Shown here piece after piece: positions 30,136 through 39,801 of a stretch of 64,000 bases of DNA (positions are counted from its first letter, which is position 1; every line of letters begins with the position of its first letter). The notes below the pieces were generated by a model, which had not been told where the DNA came from, did not search any database, and saw only the letters and a program-made list of their open reading frames with translations. A program made the position numbers and the translations under genes. This stretch comes from Candidatus Hydrogenedentota bacterium. GTDB taxonomy: Bacteria > Hydrogenedentota > Hydrogenedentia > Hydrogenedentales > SLHB01. Location of the stretch: the NCBI GenBank assembly GCA_016209895.1, contig JACQVH010000157.1:4206-68205 (forward strand), written 5' to 3'.

Positions 30136-32274
30136 TTAAGAAACGGTCAGCGGCAATGCCTGGAGCGGCGTCCCCGTGGCGTGGTGGAGGGCGTTGGCGA
30201 TAGCGGGGGCGATGGCGATGATCGGGGTTTCGCCGGCGCCGGCCGAGGGGAGGTCGGGACGATTGAGAATGACTACGTCAATTTCCGGGACGTCTTTGAA
30301 GCGGGGGACGCGGTACTGCTTGAAGTTGTTAGTCGTGATTCTTCCGTCCTGGAACTGAATGGTTTCGAAGAGGGCTGCGCCGAGACCCATGATGAGGCAG
30401 CCTTCGATTTGTGATTTGAGATTGGCAGGATTTTGGACTGCGCCGCACTCGAACGCCGCGCAGACGCGGCGCACCTGGATCTCCTTCGTCGGCGCGTTCA
30501 CGTGAATTTCGACGCATGTCGCGATAAAGGAACCTTTCTCCGTGCCGCAGGCAATGCCATATCCCGTGTCAGTCGCCTTGTCTTGTCGGCGTTCCGTCCA
30601 CTTGAACTGTTTGGCAACGGCATTCAACACCTCTTTCAGTTGTCCGTCCTCCAAATAGGCCAGACGGAAGGCGAGCGGGTCTGCGCTGGTCTCCGCCGCT
30701 AGTCGGTCTATGAAAGCTTCCCGCGCAAAATTATTAGCGGTGGCGGCGAGTGCGCGGTAGGACCCTTGCCGGAGTGGGGAATCGCAGGGCTGAGACTTGA
30801 CGCGCTTATTGGGAAATGTGTAGGGACAATCGAGGGCGGAACCGCCGGAATTGTAGTTGGTGAAGTCCCACGCCGTCACCTTTCCTGCGTTATCAATAGC
30901 GGCTGCCACTTCCAGCAGTCCGGCAGGACGGAAATACGCCCACGTGAATTCCTCTTCGCGGGTCCAATGCACCGCTACCGGGCGTTTCACGGCTTTGGCG
31001 AGGCGAGCCGCCTCGACTGCGGCATCGCCCCGGTGCTTGCCGCCGAAACCACCGCCCGCGTCGGGCATGATCACGCGGACGTTCTCTTCGGATATGCTGA
31101 ACGCCTCCGCCAACTCGCCCCGTACGTTGAACGGCGTCTGCGTGCCGGTCCAGACCGTTAGCTTCCCGTCCACCCATTCCGCCACGGCCGCGCGCGGCTC
31201 CATGGGCGCGTGCTGGATGTACGGCACTTCGTACGAGGCGAGGACCACCTTATCCGCAGCGGCCATAGCAGCGCCCACATCACCCTGCTCGGACCCGCGC
31301 GGGCGATCCCGTCCTGAGCCAGAATTCGCGGTTTCCTTGAGGACGCGAAACAATTCCGAACTCGAGGGGTGCGGTTTGGTATTCCATCTGGCGGTTGCGA
31401 CGAGGGCCTCGAGAGCCTTCCGGGCCTGAAAGGTTGTCGGGGCCGTGCATCCGACGAAACTCCCGTCGCGAACCACGGTGACACCCTCGAGCGACTCTGC
31501 GGCCTTGCTGTCGAGGTCAACCAACTCGGCGTCAAACGATGGCGGGCGAAGCACTTTCCCATAAAGCATGTCCGGGCGCTTGATGTCGGAAGGAAACCGG
31601 TGTTTACCGGTCACCAACTCGATGGCCGCCACTTTCCCTTCAAGTTTTCCCAGCACGCGCCAAGCGTCGGCAGGGGTCAACTCGATCCTCTCACTGGTTT
31701 TGCCAGCTAGCGCCGCTCCGACATCGCCTACCTTAGCGACCAGCTCGGCCAGCGTCATCTTCCGGCCGTCGGAATGTTCAATTACGCCGTCGCGCATAGC
31801 GGTGGAATCGGGTTTGACGCCCCACTGTTCGCAGGCCAACTCGACGACCAGTTCGCGCGCGGACGCAGCAGCTTGCCGAACGGTCGGTACCGTGCGCGGC
31901 GTGGTCTGGCTGCCGTACGTACCGCCGTCATTGGGAACCGAGTCGGTATCGCCCATTATCAGCCGGACCTGCGATAGCGGCACGCGAAGTTCTTCGGCAA
32001 CGGCTTGCGAGAGTTGCGTGCGCGCGCCTTGACCCAATTCAACCTTGCCCGTCAGCGCCATGACGATGCCGTCCTTATCGAACAGGAAGCGCCCCGCAAC
32101 AGCCCGGCCTTTGCCAGCGCGCTCCTGGGCCCGGCCGAACTTGCCGAACGACGTGATGAGCAGTCCGGCGCCGACCGTCTGGACAAAAGCCCGCCGCGAC
32201 AAGCTGAAGCGATAGCGCGGCTTCTCTTCGAGTTCGTAGCGCTCCAGTTCTATGGGATTCCTTTCCGCACTCAT
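30136..32274 (-). CDS. Xanthine dehydrogenase/aldehyde oxidase family molybdopterin-binding subunit (IorB/CoxL-like) with Tat signal
   Basis: 712 aa; Tat motif SRRAFVQTVGAGLL; Moco-binding family hallmarks; coupled to 2Fe-2S subunit. Confidence 0.85.
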   Translation of the reverse strand: MSAERNPIELERYELEEKPRYRFSLSRRAFVQTVGAGLLITSFGKFGRAQERAGKGRAVAGRFLFDKDGIVMALTGKVELGQGARTQLSQAVAEELRVPLSQVRLIMGDTDSVPNDGGTYGSQTTPRTVPTVRQAAASARELVVELACEQWGVKPDSTAMRDGVIEHSDGRKMTLAELVAKVGDVGAALAGKTSERIELTPADAWRVLGKLEGKVAAIELVTGKHRFPSDIKRPDMLYGKVLRPPSFDAELVDLDSKAAESLEGVTVVRDGSFVGCTAPTTFQARKALEALVATARWNTKPHPSSSELFRVLKETANSGSGRDRPRGSEQGDVGAAMAAADKVVLASYEVPYIQHAPMEPRAAVAEWVDGKLTVWTGTQTPFNVRGELAEAFSISEENVRVIMPDAGGGFGGKHRGDAAVEAARLAKAVKRPVAVHWTREEEFTWAYFRPAGLLEVAAAIDNAGKVTAWDFTNYNSGGSALDCPYTFPNKRVKSQPCDSPLRQGSYRALAATANNFAREAFIDRLAAETSADPLAFRLAYLEDGQLKEVLNAVAKQFKWTERRQDKATDTGYGIACGTEKGSFIATCVEIHVNAPTKEIQVRRVCAAFECGAVQNPANLKSQIEGCLIMGLGAALFETIQFQDGRITTNNFKQYRVPRFKDVPEIDVVILNRPDLPSAGAGETPIIAIAPAIANALHHATGTPLQALPLTVS

Positions 32275-32750
32275 TTGGCCGGCGCCTCTTGGGTGAGTTC
32301 TGCCGCACGCTCGATTGCCCGAAGAATGTTTGAATAATTATTGCAGCGACAGAGGTTGCCGTTCATCCATTCAACAATCTGCGCGCGCGTAGGTTTTGGA
32401 TTGGTTCGGAGCAGCGCCACCGCCGTAAGGACCATGCCTGGTGTGCAATAGCCACATTGCATCGCGTTTTCGGCAACGAACGCTTCTTGGACAGCGTGCA
32501 GTTTGTCGCCCGCCGCCAGTCCCTCAATGGTGGTGACTTCTTTGCCTTGGACTTTGGCGATTGCCAGTTGGCACGAGGCTACCGGCCGCCCGTCTACGAG
32601 CACCGTACACGCCCGGCAGCTTCCTTCGCCACACCCGTATTTGGTGCCGGTAAGGTCCAATTCCTCCCGAAGCACGTCCAATAACGGACGCTCCGGTTCT
32701 GTGGCAACCGATTTTGAAACACTATTGGCAGTAAACGTGAATGTGGCCAT
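32271..32750 (-). CDS. (2Fe-2S)-binding small subunit of Mo-hydroxylase (IorA/CoxS-like)
   Basis: CGEGSCRAC and CGYCTPGM cysteine motifs. Confidence 0.85.
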   Translation of the reverse strand: MATFTFTANSVSKSVATEPERPLLDVLREELDLTGTKYGCGEGSCRACTVLVDGRPVASCQLAIAKVQGKEVTTIEGLAAGDKLHAVQEAFVAENAMQCGYCTPGMVLTAVALLRTNPKPTRAQIVEWMNGNLCRCNNYSNILRAIERAAELTQEAPAK

Positions 32751-32835
32751 ACTTCGCCCCAAATGTTAGTGGGACACCGTCACGCTGAACGTGGCTTATT
32801 TCAGATGTCGGAGGCCACCGGCCTCCAGCGGATAA

Positions 32836-33156
32836 TCAGCGACCGCGGCCGCGGGGACGTCCACCACCGCCCCTGGGCCCGCCACCGCCGCCACCACCAC
32901 CGCCCCGCCGGTCCTCGCGCGGCCGGGCTTCGTTGACGTTGAGGGTGCGTCCACCCAGATCCTGGCCGTTAAGTCCGCTGATCGCGGCGACGGCCTCGGC
33001 CTTTGCGGGCATTTCCACGAACGCAAACCCGCGCGAATCGCCGGTAAACTTGTCCCGGATGATGGTAACGCTGTCCACCCGGCCGAAGGCTTCAAAAGCG
33101 CGCCGGAGTTCGTCTTCGGTGGTGCTGGTTGATAGGCTTCCCACATAGATGTTCAT
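32836..33156 (-). CDS. RRM-type glycine/arginine-rich RNA-binding protein
   Basis: RNP2 IYVGSL, RNP1 RGFAFVEM, C-terminal RGG/GGGG tail. Confidence 0.85.
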   Translation of the reverse strand: MNIYVGSLSTSTTEDELRRAFEAFGRVDSVTIIRDKFTGDSRGFAFVEMPAKAEAVAAISGLNGQDLGGRTLNVNEARPREDRRGGGGGGGGGPRGGGGRPRGRGR

Positions 33157-33341
33157 GGTGCAGCGTGTCCTCTCTGTTTGGCTAATCCTTTACCAGTTTT
33201 TTCGCACAAGGTAACCCATTCCTCGTCCGTCAACTCATCGTACCTACACGATTCCAGCGCGAATCGGCATAACGCCTGTTCACGATGCGTGGCCTCCGAC
33301 CCGTGCCGAATCGTGGTTTCTCGTTGATCTTTCTTACTCAT
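33153..33341 (-). CDS. Small 62-aa ORF (3 Cys) translationally coupled (ATGA overlap) to RRM gene; possible uORF/small protein
   Basis: Stop TGA overlaps RRM ATG; protein-like composition; no SD seen. Confidence 0.3.
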   Translation of the reverse strand: MSKKDQRETTIRHGSEATHREQALCRFALESCRYDELTDEEWVTLCEKTGKGLAKQRGHAAP

Positions 33342-33388
33342 GGAAAAAGCAGCATAGCATAGCCAAGGGACCAGATGGAATAGCGGGC

Positions 33389-33417
33389 TTGACTTTCAGT
33401 GTTTCCCCGTGTATAGT
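33389..33417 (+). promoter_or_regulatory. Near-consensus sigma70 promoter TTGACT-N17-TATAGT driving DEAD-box helicase with ~183-nt 5'UTR
   Basis: TTGACT 33389-33394, 17-nt spacer, TATAGT 33412-33417. Confidence 0.5.
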
Positions 33418-33606
33418 CCATACAATTTGTAGAACTTTAATGCTGCTGGTTAGGTAGCAGACGACTCTTGGAAGCCGTTCTCTCTACACTACGTTCACCT
33501 CGAAGCTTGGCCACTCACCTATGTGTTGTTTCCCACTTTGCCGGTGTTCAGCAGACAAAACCGAAGCTTGACTGGTTTGATCCGGCAAGACTAAAGGGAA
33601 ATCAAC

Positions 33607-34827
33607 ATGTCATTTGAAGAATTCTGTATTGACCGACGGTGCCTGAGTATACTCCAACGCCAGAGCATTTGTCGGCCGACCCCTGTCCAGGCACTGGCCA
33701 TTCCGGTGGCGCTGGAAGGAAAGGACGTAGTGGCGATTGCGCAAACCGGAACGGGTAAGACGCTCGCTTTTGCCCTGCCCGCACTGACGCGACTCGCCGG
33801 CGCACCGGTGGCGCAGACTTCGATGCTCGTCCTCACACCCACGCGTGAATTGGCCGTGCAGGTGCACGATGTACTCCGGACGTTGGCGGAACCGCTCGGA
33901 CTGCGCACCGCATGCATCTACGGCGGTGTCGGCCTCGGACTGCAAGCACAGGCGCTCCGCCGCGGGTGCGCCATTGTGGTCGCCACACCCGGCCGGCTCC
34001 TCGATCACCTTTCGCGCGGCAACGTGCGACTGGACCGCGTGGCGATACTGGTGTTGGACGAAGCCGACCGAATGTTGGATATGGGGTTCCTGCCGGACAT
34101 TCGGCGAATTGTCGGCCGACTGCCGCGCGAGCGCCAGACCCTGATGTTCTCGGCCACGTTCCCGAATGAGATCGCGCGGTTGGCCGGCCAAATGCAGCGT
34201 GACCCGGCGCGCATCGAAGTAGGACCGGTCGCGACGCCCGTGGAAACGGTGCGTCAGGGCATTTACACGGTTGATCAGACCGCCAAAGTGGGACTGCTCT
34301 CGAAGCTTCTCCGCGCTCCCGACGTCCGGTCCGCACTGGTCTTTCTGCGGACCAAGCATCGGACGGACCGCGTGGCTCGAACCTTGCACCAAGCCGGCTT
34401 TAAGGTTCAAGCGCTTCACGGCGATCGGTCTCAAAGCCAGCGCGAGCAGGCCCTCGACGGGTTTCGTAAGGGCCGCTATAACGTACTCGTCGCCACGGAT
34501 ATTGCCGCCCGCGGCCTGGACATTCAGGGTATCAGCCACGTCATAAACTTCGATGTCCCGAAAACCTCGGACGAATACATCCATCGCATCGGCCGCACCG
34601 CCCGCGCAAGTATGACGGGGGACGCGATCACTTTCGTATCGCCGGATGAATGCGTGGCGCTAGGCACGATCGAGCGCGCTTTGGGCAAGAATTTGCCGCG
34701 CCAAGAGTGGGAAGGCGCGGTACCGGTTCTCTCGATGTTCCAGTCGGCCGGTATACAACCCGCCGGCGTCAAACGGAACGGCATTCGTCGCGGTGGAAGG
34801 CGCTTGCTGGGCCGACGCGGCAGATAG
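33607..34827 (+). CDS. DEAD-box ATP-dependent RNA helicase
   Basis: Q-motif/Walker A AQTGTGKT, DEAD (VLDEADRM), SAT, HRIGRTAR motifs. Confidence 0.9.
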   Translation: MSFEEFCIDRRCLSILQRQSICRPTPVQALAIPVALEGKDVVAIAQTGTGKTLAFALPALTRLAGAPVAQTSMLVLTPTRELAVQVHDVLRTLAEPLGLRTACIYGGVGLGLQAQALRRGCAIVVATPGRLLDHLSRGNVRLDRVAILVLDEADRMLDMGFLPDIRRIVGRLPRERQTLMFSATFPNEIARLAGQMQRDPARIEVGPVATPVETVRQGIYTVDQTAKVGLLSKLLRAPDVRSALVFLRTKHRTDRVARTLHQAGFKVQALHGDRSQSQREQALDGFRKGRYNVLVATDIAARGLDIQGISHVINFDVPKTSDEYIHRIGRTARASMTGDAITFVSPDECVALGTIERALGKNLPRQEWEGAVPVLSMFQSAGIQPAGVKRNGIRRGGRRLLGRRGR

Positions 34828-34903
34828 GATAAAACAAACCGAATTGGTGTACCCTGCCGCAAGAATTGGATACGGGAACTCTGGGTAGCGTCTCTGATTT
34901 ACC

Positions 34904-36268
34904 CTAGAAAGGTTGTAGGTCCTCATGGGCACACCAAGTGATGACATTGCCCAAGTGGTTGATGACCTGGTGAATCTTACCGGTCTTTGAATCATGATAA
35001 AGCAGCCGGTACTTCTCAAACTCTTCGCTAGTCAGCGGACTGCCCTTTGACCGGGTTCTCAGCTCTTCCAAAGTCGGTCCTGCCTGCTGCCACACGATGC
35101 GGGTTCCGTCCGGCGAAACCCACCAGGCGGGTCCGACGTATGCCATTCCAGTCTCGTAGCCAATCACGGTGTCGCCGGAGTAGAGCGTGCCAGGGCGGCG
35201 CAAGAGGACACGCTTTTCGTGTTCTGAAGGCTCCCGGGTAACATAGCGGTATGGTCCACCGAGAGATTCTTCGGGCACTAATTTTCGCCCTTGCACGTCC
35301 ACCGTATAGCACTTCTCGGCAAGCGTTACGCGTTCGCGACGGCCAAACCAAACCGCAAGGTTTATGGCTTGCGAAATGGCATTCCTGAACAGAATGACTT
35401 CCATTTCGAGCGGCTGGTGCTCCGTGCCAGGGAACCGGATTTGATCCGGCGAGAAGAGGTCCTGAACCTGGCTGGTCTTAAGATCAAGCAATGCAATGGC
35501 GAGACAGGGCGAGTCGGAAGGAGGGCAATTCGCGGCACGCAGGAGGAGCAAGTGATCCTCGTCATACCAAGCGAAAGGCAACTTGGACTGTGGCTCGCCG
35601 AACGGCATCATCAACGGCGACGCGGGAATGATTTTTCGGACCGTGCCTTGGAGGCGGTCTACGATGAAGAATAGGCGTGATGTCATCGAACCGCGGTTTT
35701 CAAGGTGGTCCGGATTCTTCTCGGCGGTCCACGCGAGAAACGCCAGTCGATCGCGGCGAGGTGACTCGATGAAGTTTACGTCAAGCGCTTCGATGCCGAC
35801 CGCGAGCTGGGCGATATTCCGTTCCTTGTCCGAACGCAGGTTGCGGGCTTTCAGGAGCGTTGCGTCGGGGTCGGGCACAAGGTAAAGAAACTCGTCGTCG
35901 AGACGAGCGCCCTCCCTAAAACCCTCGAATACGGCTTGCGCCTTGCCCGTGGTGAGGTCTAAACTCGTAAGAATTCGCTTGCCGCCCTGCAAATCAACGT
36001 ACCAGAAGTACCCGCCCAAGACCCATCCACCTGGCACCCATGCCCGTTCCGGCAAGAGTACTTCCCGCAAATCGAGGCCGTCGGTTTTAACCTGCCCGAT
36101 TACGAGCTTTTCTAGTGGCGAATTCTCATCCGTGCTCGTCTTGACCACAAAGACGTCGTAATTTGCCGCGGCGTAGCAAAGTCGAGCCGACAACCCTATG
36201 AGTGCCATGAGTATGACGACTTCCACCGCCAATCCAGGATATGATCCCCGCGACTTGGTCTCGTTCAT
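34904..36268 (-). CDS. Secreted hypothetical protein (possible beta-propeller)
   Basis: Signal peptide after MNETKSRG; no recognisable catalytic motif. Confidence 0.45.
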   Translation of the reverse strand: MNETKSRGSYPGLAVEVVILMALIGLSARLCYAAANYDVFVVKTSTDENSPLEKLVIGQVKTDGLDLREVLLPERAWVPGGWVLGGYFWYVDLQGGKRILTSLDLTTGKAQAVFEGFREGARLDDEFLYLVPDPDATLLKARNLRSDKERNIAQLAVGIEALDVNFIESPRRDRLAFLAWTAEKNPDHLENRGSMTSRLFFIVDRLQGTVRKIIPASPLMMPFGEPQSKLPFAWYDEDHLLLLRAANCPPSDSPCLAIALLDLKTSQVQDLFSPDQIRFPGTEHQPLEMEVILFRNAISQAINLAVWFGRRERVTLAEKCYTVDVQGRKLVPEESLGGPYRYVTREPSEHEKRVLLRRPGTLYSGDTVIGYETGMAYVGPAWWVSPDGTRIVWQQAGPTLEELRTRSKGSPLTSEEFEKYRLLYHDSKTGKIHQVINHLGNVITWCAHEDLQPF

Positions 36269-36475
36269 GATCCCCTCTCCCGCTTTATGCACCCCAGGAA
36301 TATTGAACACTTATTACGTTACTCGATCGCGTAGACGCTGTCAACGCCGCGAACCAAGACATGCAGGGCCTTGCTAGGCGCCCGGATGAGAAGTTCGGTA
36401 TTCGGAAGAGGTAGCGCCCGCCCCTCCACGGCGGGCAGTGGAGAACTTTCCACTTGCGTTTCGAGATCGAAGCCG

Positions 36476-36500
36476 CTATAAATTGATCAGGATTGATCAA
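36476..36500 (+). promoter_or_regulatory. TATAAAT -10-like box followed by two tandem TGATCA palindromes immediately upstream of Phd/YefM gene (candidate autoregulatory operator)
   Basis: gctataaATTGATCAGGATTGATCAAgg read directly; start codon at 36515. Confidence 0.45.
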
Positions 36501-36514
36501 GGTTAAACAAGTAG

Positions 36515-36820
36515 ATGAGTTACGTGAACCGGGTCAGCCCGAATGTCTACCGCATTCCGATTACGAAAGCACGAGTGAATCTCGGACAAGTGGTGCGGCG
36601 CGCCCATTTGGACAAGGAGTGCTTCATTCTCGAAAAAGACGGCATTCCTCTGGCAGGGATTATTGATATTGACGAACTCGAACACTATCTCGAATTCCGG
36701 GATCCCAAGCTTCGGACTCAAGTTCGGGCGAGTTACCGCGCCTACCGGCATGGGAAGGCCAAGCCGCTTGACCACCTACTTGCTGAACTCAAGCCTCACA
36801 CCCGGAAGCAGCATCGGTAA
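36515..36820 (+). CDS. Phd/YefM-family type II antitoxin, apparently orphan (no toxin ORF in 260-bp downstream gap)
   Basis: 101 aa; N-terminal ITKARVNLGQVVRRAHLDKECFILEKDGIPLAGII typical Phd/YefM fold. Confidence 0.55.
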   Translation: MSYVNRVSPNVYRIPITKARVNLGQVVRRAHLDKECFILEKDGIPLAGIIDIDELEHYLEFRDPKLRTQVRASYRAYRHGKAKPLDHLLAELKPHTRKQHR

Positions 36821-37080
36821 AAGCTTGAGCAACGGATGTTCACTATTCTTCCTGTCCTCACCACTCCACTTTTCGATCTCGCTGCCAAGAAGGGCAGTAG
36901 TGCGTCCGAATCGGCGATTACTGACAGCGATAGAAAATTGTGGTTAACGAGGTAGTTCTGCACTCACTCCATCCCCGTGAGCGCGCCTACTAAAGCGGGG
37001 AGCCGTCCCGTTTAACACGGCTTGAACGCACATGTTATATTGTCCAAAAAAAAGACGCCGAGTGTCGGGAATTGTGAAAC

Positions 37081-37374
37081 ATGACGAGTGCAGAGATAAG
37101 AAGGCGCATAGCTGAGCACCGGCGCGAACTCGAAGATTTGGAAGTATCTTCGCTGGCACTCTTTGGGTCCGCTGCGAGGAACGAAGCCTCAGAGTCCAGT
37201 GACATAGACCTTCTAGTCGAGTTCCGGCAACCTGTCGGGCTGTTCACATTCTATCGCGTGCAGGAGTATCTCGAGGATCTGCTCGGCACGCCGCGTGTGG
37301 ACTTGGTGCTCCGTCGCGCGGTAATTGACGAATTGAAGGATCGAATCTACGGGGAAGCGGTCCCATGCCTGTGA
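37081..37374 (+). CDS. MntA-type minimal nucleotidyltransferase (antitoxin of HepT/MntA TA)
   Basis: LFGSAARNEASESSDIDLLVEF = GSx10DxD NTase motif. Confidence 0.75.
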   Translation: MTSAEIRRRIAEHRRELEDLEVSSLALFGSAARNEASESSDIDLLVEFRQPVGLFTFYRVQEYLEDLLGTPRVDLVLRRAVIDELKDRIYGEAVPCL

Positions 37375-37775
37375 GGAATTGGAAGTTCCGGATCAGGCAC
37401 ATCATGGACAATATCGCGCGTATTGAAGTTTTCATTCGCGGAATGACATATGCGACATTCTGCGCGGACGACAAGACGGCTTTCGTGGTGGTGACGTGTT
37501 TCTCAATCATCGGGGAGGCGGCGCGGCTGATTCCGGAAGATATCAAGAGTGCCCATCCCAACGTTCCCTGGAATCAGATGATCCGCATGCGGAACGTCCT
37601 TGTCCATGAGTATGACAAGATTGACCTAGAGATTGTTTGGAGCACGGCCACCAAAGACCTGCCGGTGGTTCTGCCGAAGCTGAAAGCAGTTCTCGAGGCG
37701 TCGGTCGAACGGCGTGAGGAAGACGCAGCATCAGACTTGAACGTTGACCAGCCTCCACAGGGTACCACCACGTGA
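37365..37775 (+). CDS. HepT-like HEPN (DUF86) toxin
   Basis: R-X4-6-H HEPN motif RMRNVLVHEY; 10-bp overlap with MntA gene. Confidence 0.65.
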   Translation: MPVRNWKFRIRHIMDNIARIEVFIRGMTYATFCADDKTAFVVVTCFSIIGEAARLIPEDIKSAHPNVPWNQMIRMRNVLVHEYDKIDLEIVWSTATKDLPVVLPKLKAVLEASVERREEDAASDLNVDQPPQGTTT

Positions 37776-37797
37776 ATAACCGAGCGCGCGATGCGCG

Positions 37798-38652
37798 CTA
37801 TGGTTTGGTGAGCTTTTTCAGGAACTCGATAGTCAAGGGCCAGGCTTGTTCGCTGGCTTTGCGGTTGGCGTCTTCACGGCCGTCCTGTTGACGGAGGAAA
37901 CCGTGGCCGGCGTTGTCATATACGGCTTTTTCATAGGACTTTCCCAGACGCTTCATCTCGGCTTCGGCGGCTGGAATGGTTGAATTCACCCGCTCGTCCA
38001 TCTGGCCATACAGTCCGAGTACGGGGGCGCTAATCTTGGACAACGCCGCCGTGTCCGGTGACGTCCCGTAATACACCACTGCCGCGTTCAATTTCGGTTG
38101 AACGGTCGCATATAGGAAACTCGTCGCGCCGCCCCAACAAAACCCGATACTGGCACATTTCCCATTGGAGGCCGGCAATGCCAGGCCATAATCGAGCGCC
38201 GCGTTCAGGCGTTTTATAGTCTCTTCTTCAGTGAGTTTGCGGATCGCTTCACGTGGATTGGCCTCGGCACCCACGATGCCGGCAATGAGGTCCGGCGCAA
38301 CGGCGATAAACCCTTCTTTGGCAAGGGCATCCGCGATGGCCTGAACCCACTCCGATAGTCCGAAGATTTCGTGAATTACCAGCACCACCGGGGCTTTTTC
38401 AGCCCGTTCGGGGTACACCACCCAAGTCTTCATCTTGGTTTCGCTGCCCGGCAAGGGGATGTTCGCATACTCGCCATGGCGCGGTGACGATTCCAGGGCC
38501 TGTTTCGCCGTGTCCGCAGATGGCGGAAGGTTGGATTCCTGGGCAGCAAACCCCGGAAAGCAAATGCCGCCGCAAATCACGGCGATTGCCAGAACGGAAA
38601 TCGCAGTTCCTTGAAACATAGCCGGTCTCCTCTTAGTCAAAGAATTGCGCAA
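37798..38652 (-). CDS. Secreted dienelactone hydrolase family protein
   Basis: DLH-like VVLVIHEIFGLSEWVQAIADALAKEGFIAVAPDL; signal peptide. Confidence 0.7.
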   Translation of the reverse strand: MRNSLTKRRPAMFQGTAISVLAIAVICGGICFPGFAAQESNLPPSADTAKQALESSPRHGEYANIPLPGSETKMKTWVVYPERAEKAPVVLVIHEIFGLSEWVQAIADALAKEGFIAVAPDLIAGIVGAEANPREAIRKLTEEETIKRLNAALDYGLALPASNGKCASIGFCWGGATSFLYATVQPKLNAAVVYYGTSPDTAALSKISAPVLGLYGQMDERVNSTIPAAEAEMKRLGKSYEKAVYDNAGHGFLRQQDGREDANRKASEQAWPLTIEFLKKLTKP

Positions 38653-38794
38653 CGGGTCTCGCTCCTGAACACCAGCGGAAGGGTAACTTATGCCTCGGCT
38701 TGGTCAATATCAGGCTCCTACCTCTGCTTATTCTGGAACGAGGGCGCGGGAATTGGGTTTTATCAATGGTAACGGGTTAACAGGAGAAGAGATT

Positions 38795-39490
38795 ATGTGG
38801 ACTATGTGGAAACGAGAGAGTAAACACCTCATGAATGCGAAACTCATCATAGCGGCCGGCGTCGTCCTCGTGTGTGTATGGGCGGCGCAAGCCGTGGCTC
38901 AAGGCCAAGGTGCGGCACAATTGACCCCGGAGAAACGTGAAGCGGCCTGGACCCTCGAAGCCAAGGGCGTGGCTAAGACCGCCGGCCTTTCTGCGGAGGC
39001 GACCGGTAAACTGGTAGATGCCTACAAAGCCAGTCGCAAAAGCCTCCAGGAAGCTGCTGAGAAAGCAGCCCCGAGCGGTGGTGGCGGCGGCGGAAGAGAG
39101 GCGTTCGACGCTCGTCTGAAACTAGCTGAAGAAGAGCGAGGAAAGTTCAGAAAGGCTCTGGAAGGGTTCCTGAGCAAGGAACAGGTAGACAAGGCCATCG
39201 CCCCTCTCGGAACCTACAACCGCCAGTGGGACCGCCTGGTAGACGCCCTGGCCAGCTTCCAAGTCGGCGATGAAAAACAAGATAAGGGCTTGGCGCTAAT
39301 TGCCACCTACGTTGTGGATTCGGATGCCGCGCTCGCCAAGGCAAGGGCCGCTCAGGATATGGAAGGCATGCGGACCGCCATGCAGGAATTGAAGACCAAG
39401 CTCGACACGGCCATGGCCGACGTCCTCACCCCCGAACAACTAACCAAGTGGAAAGAAGCTACCGCGCCTCGTGGCGGACGTCGTGGCTAA
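38795..39490 (+). CDS. Periplasmic LTxxQ-motif protein (Spy/CpxP-like)
   Basis: Signal peptide; LTPEKREAAW and LTPEQLTKWKE motifs; RBS AGGAGAAG. Confidence 0.45.
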   Translation: MWTMWKRESKHLMNAKLIIAAGVVLVCVWAAQAVAQGQGAAQLTPEKREAAWTLEAKGVAKTAGLSAEATGKLVDAYKASRKSLQEAAEKAAPSGGGGGGREAFDARLKLAEEERGKFRKALEGFLSKEQVDKAIAPLGTYNRQWDRLVDALASFQVGDEKQDKGLALIATYVVDSDAALAKARAAQDMEGMRTAMQELKTKLDTAMADVLTPEQLTKWKEATAPRGGRRG

Positions 39491-39519
39491 CCCCACAACA
39501 GGGGTTCGTTCTTCCATAC

Positions 39520-39557
39520 AGAGGGGCTTGCGTGCGAGCGTGAGTCCCTCTTTCTTT
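39520..39557 (+). terminator. Rho-independent terminator AGAGGG-loop-CCCTCT + TTTCTTT after LTxxQ gene
   Basis: Stem 39520-39525/39546-39551 then T-run. Confidence 0.6.
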
Positions 39558-39566
39558 AGGTAAACG

Positions 39567-39791
39567 TCAGTTGGGTGGTGTGGGGCCGCTGAAACCTCGT
39601 ACACCGCCGGCAATGGCGATTCCGCCCTTTTTCCAAGTCTTTCCGGTAAGACGGCCATTTTCAAAGGTCATTTCCGCATAGTAGCCGCTGGGATTGACCC
39701 AACGATAGCCTTCGGACAGTCGTTGTGAACTGGTTCTCGGCTGAACCAAGGCCGCCTTCCGCTGTGCCGCGGATTGCCATTCGCTATGCAA
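39567..39791 (-). CDS. Possible small (74 aa) protein at 3' end of ECF operon
   Basis: Non-repetitive protein-like ORF immediately downstream of Gly-rich gene; weak. Confidence 0.2.
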   Translation of the reverse strand: MHSEWQSAAQRKAALVQPRTSSQRLSEGYRWVNPSGYYAEMTFENGRLTGKTWKKGGIAIAGGVRGFSGPTPPN

Positions 39792-39801
39792 AAGTTCACC
39801 G

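Noticed and set aside
33610-34584. 324-aa minus-strand ORF
   Set aside because: It is antisense to the DEAD-box helicase gene, which has unmistakable helicase motifs.
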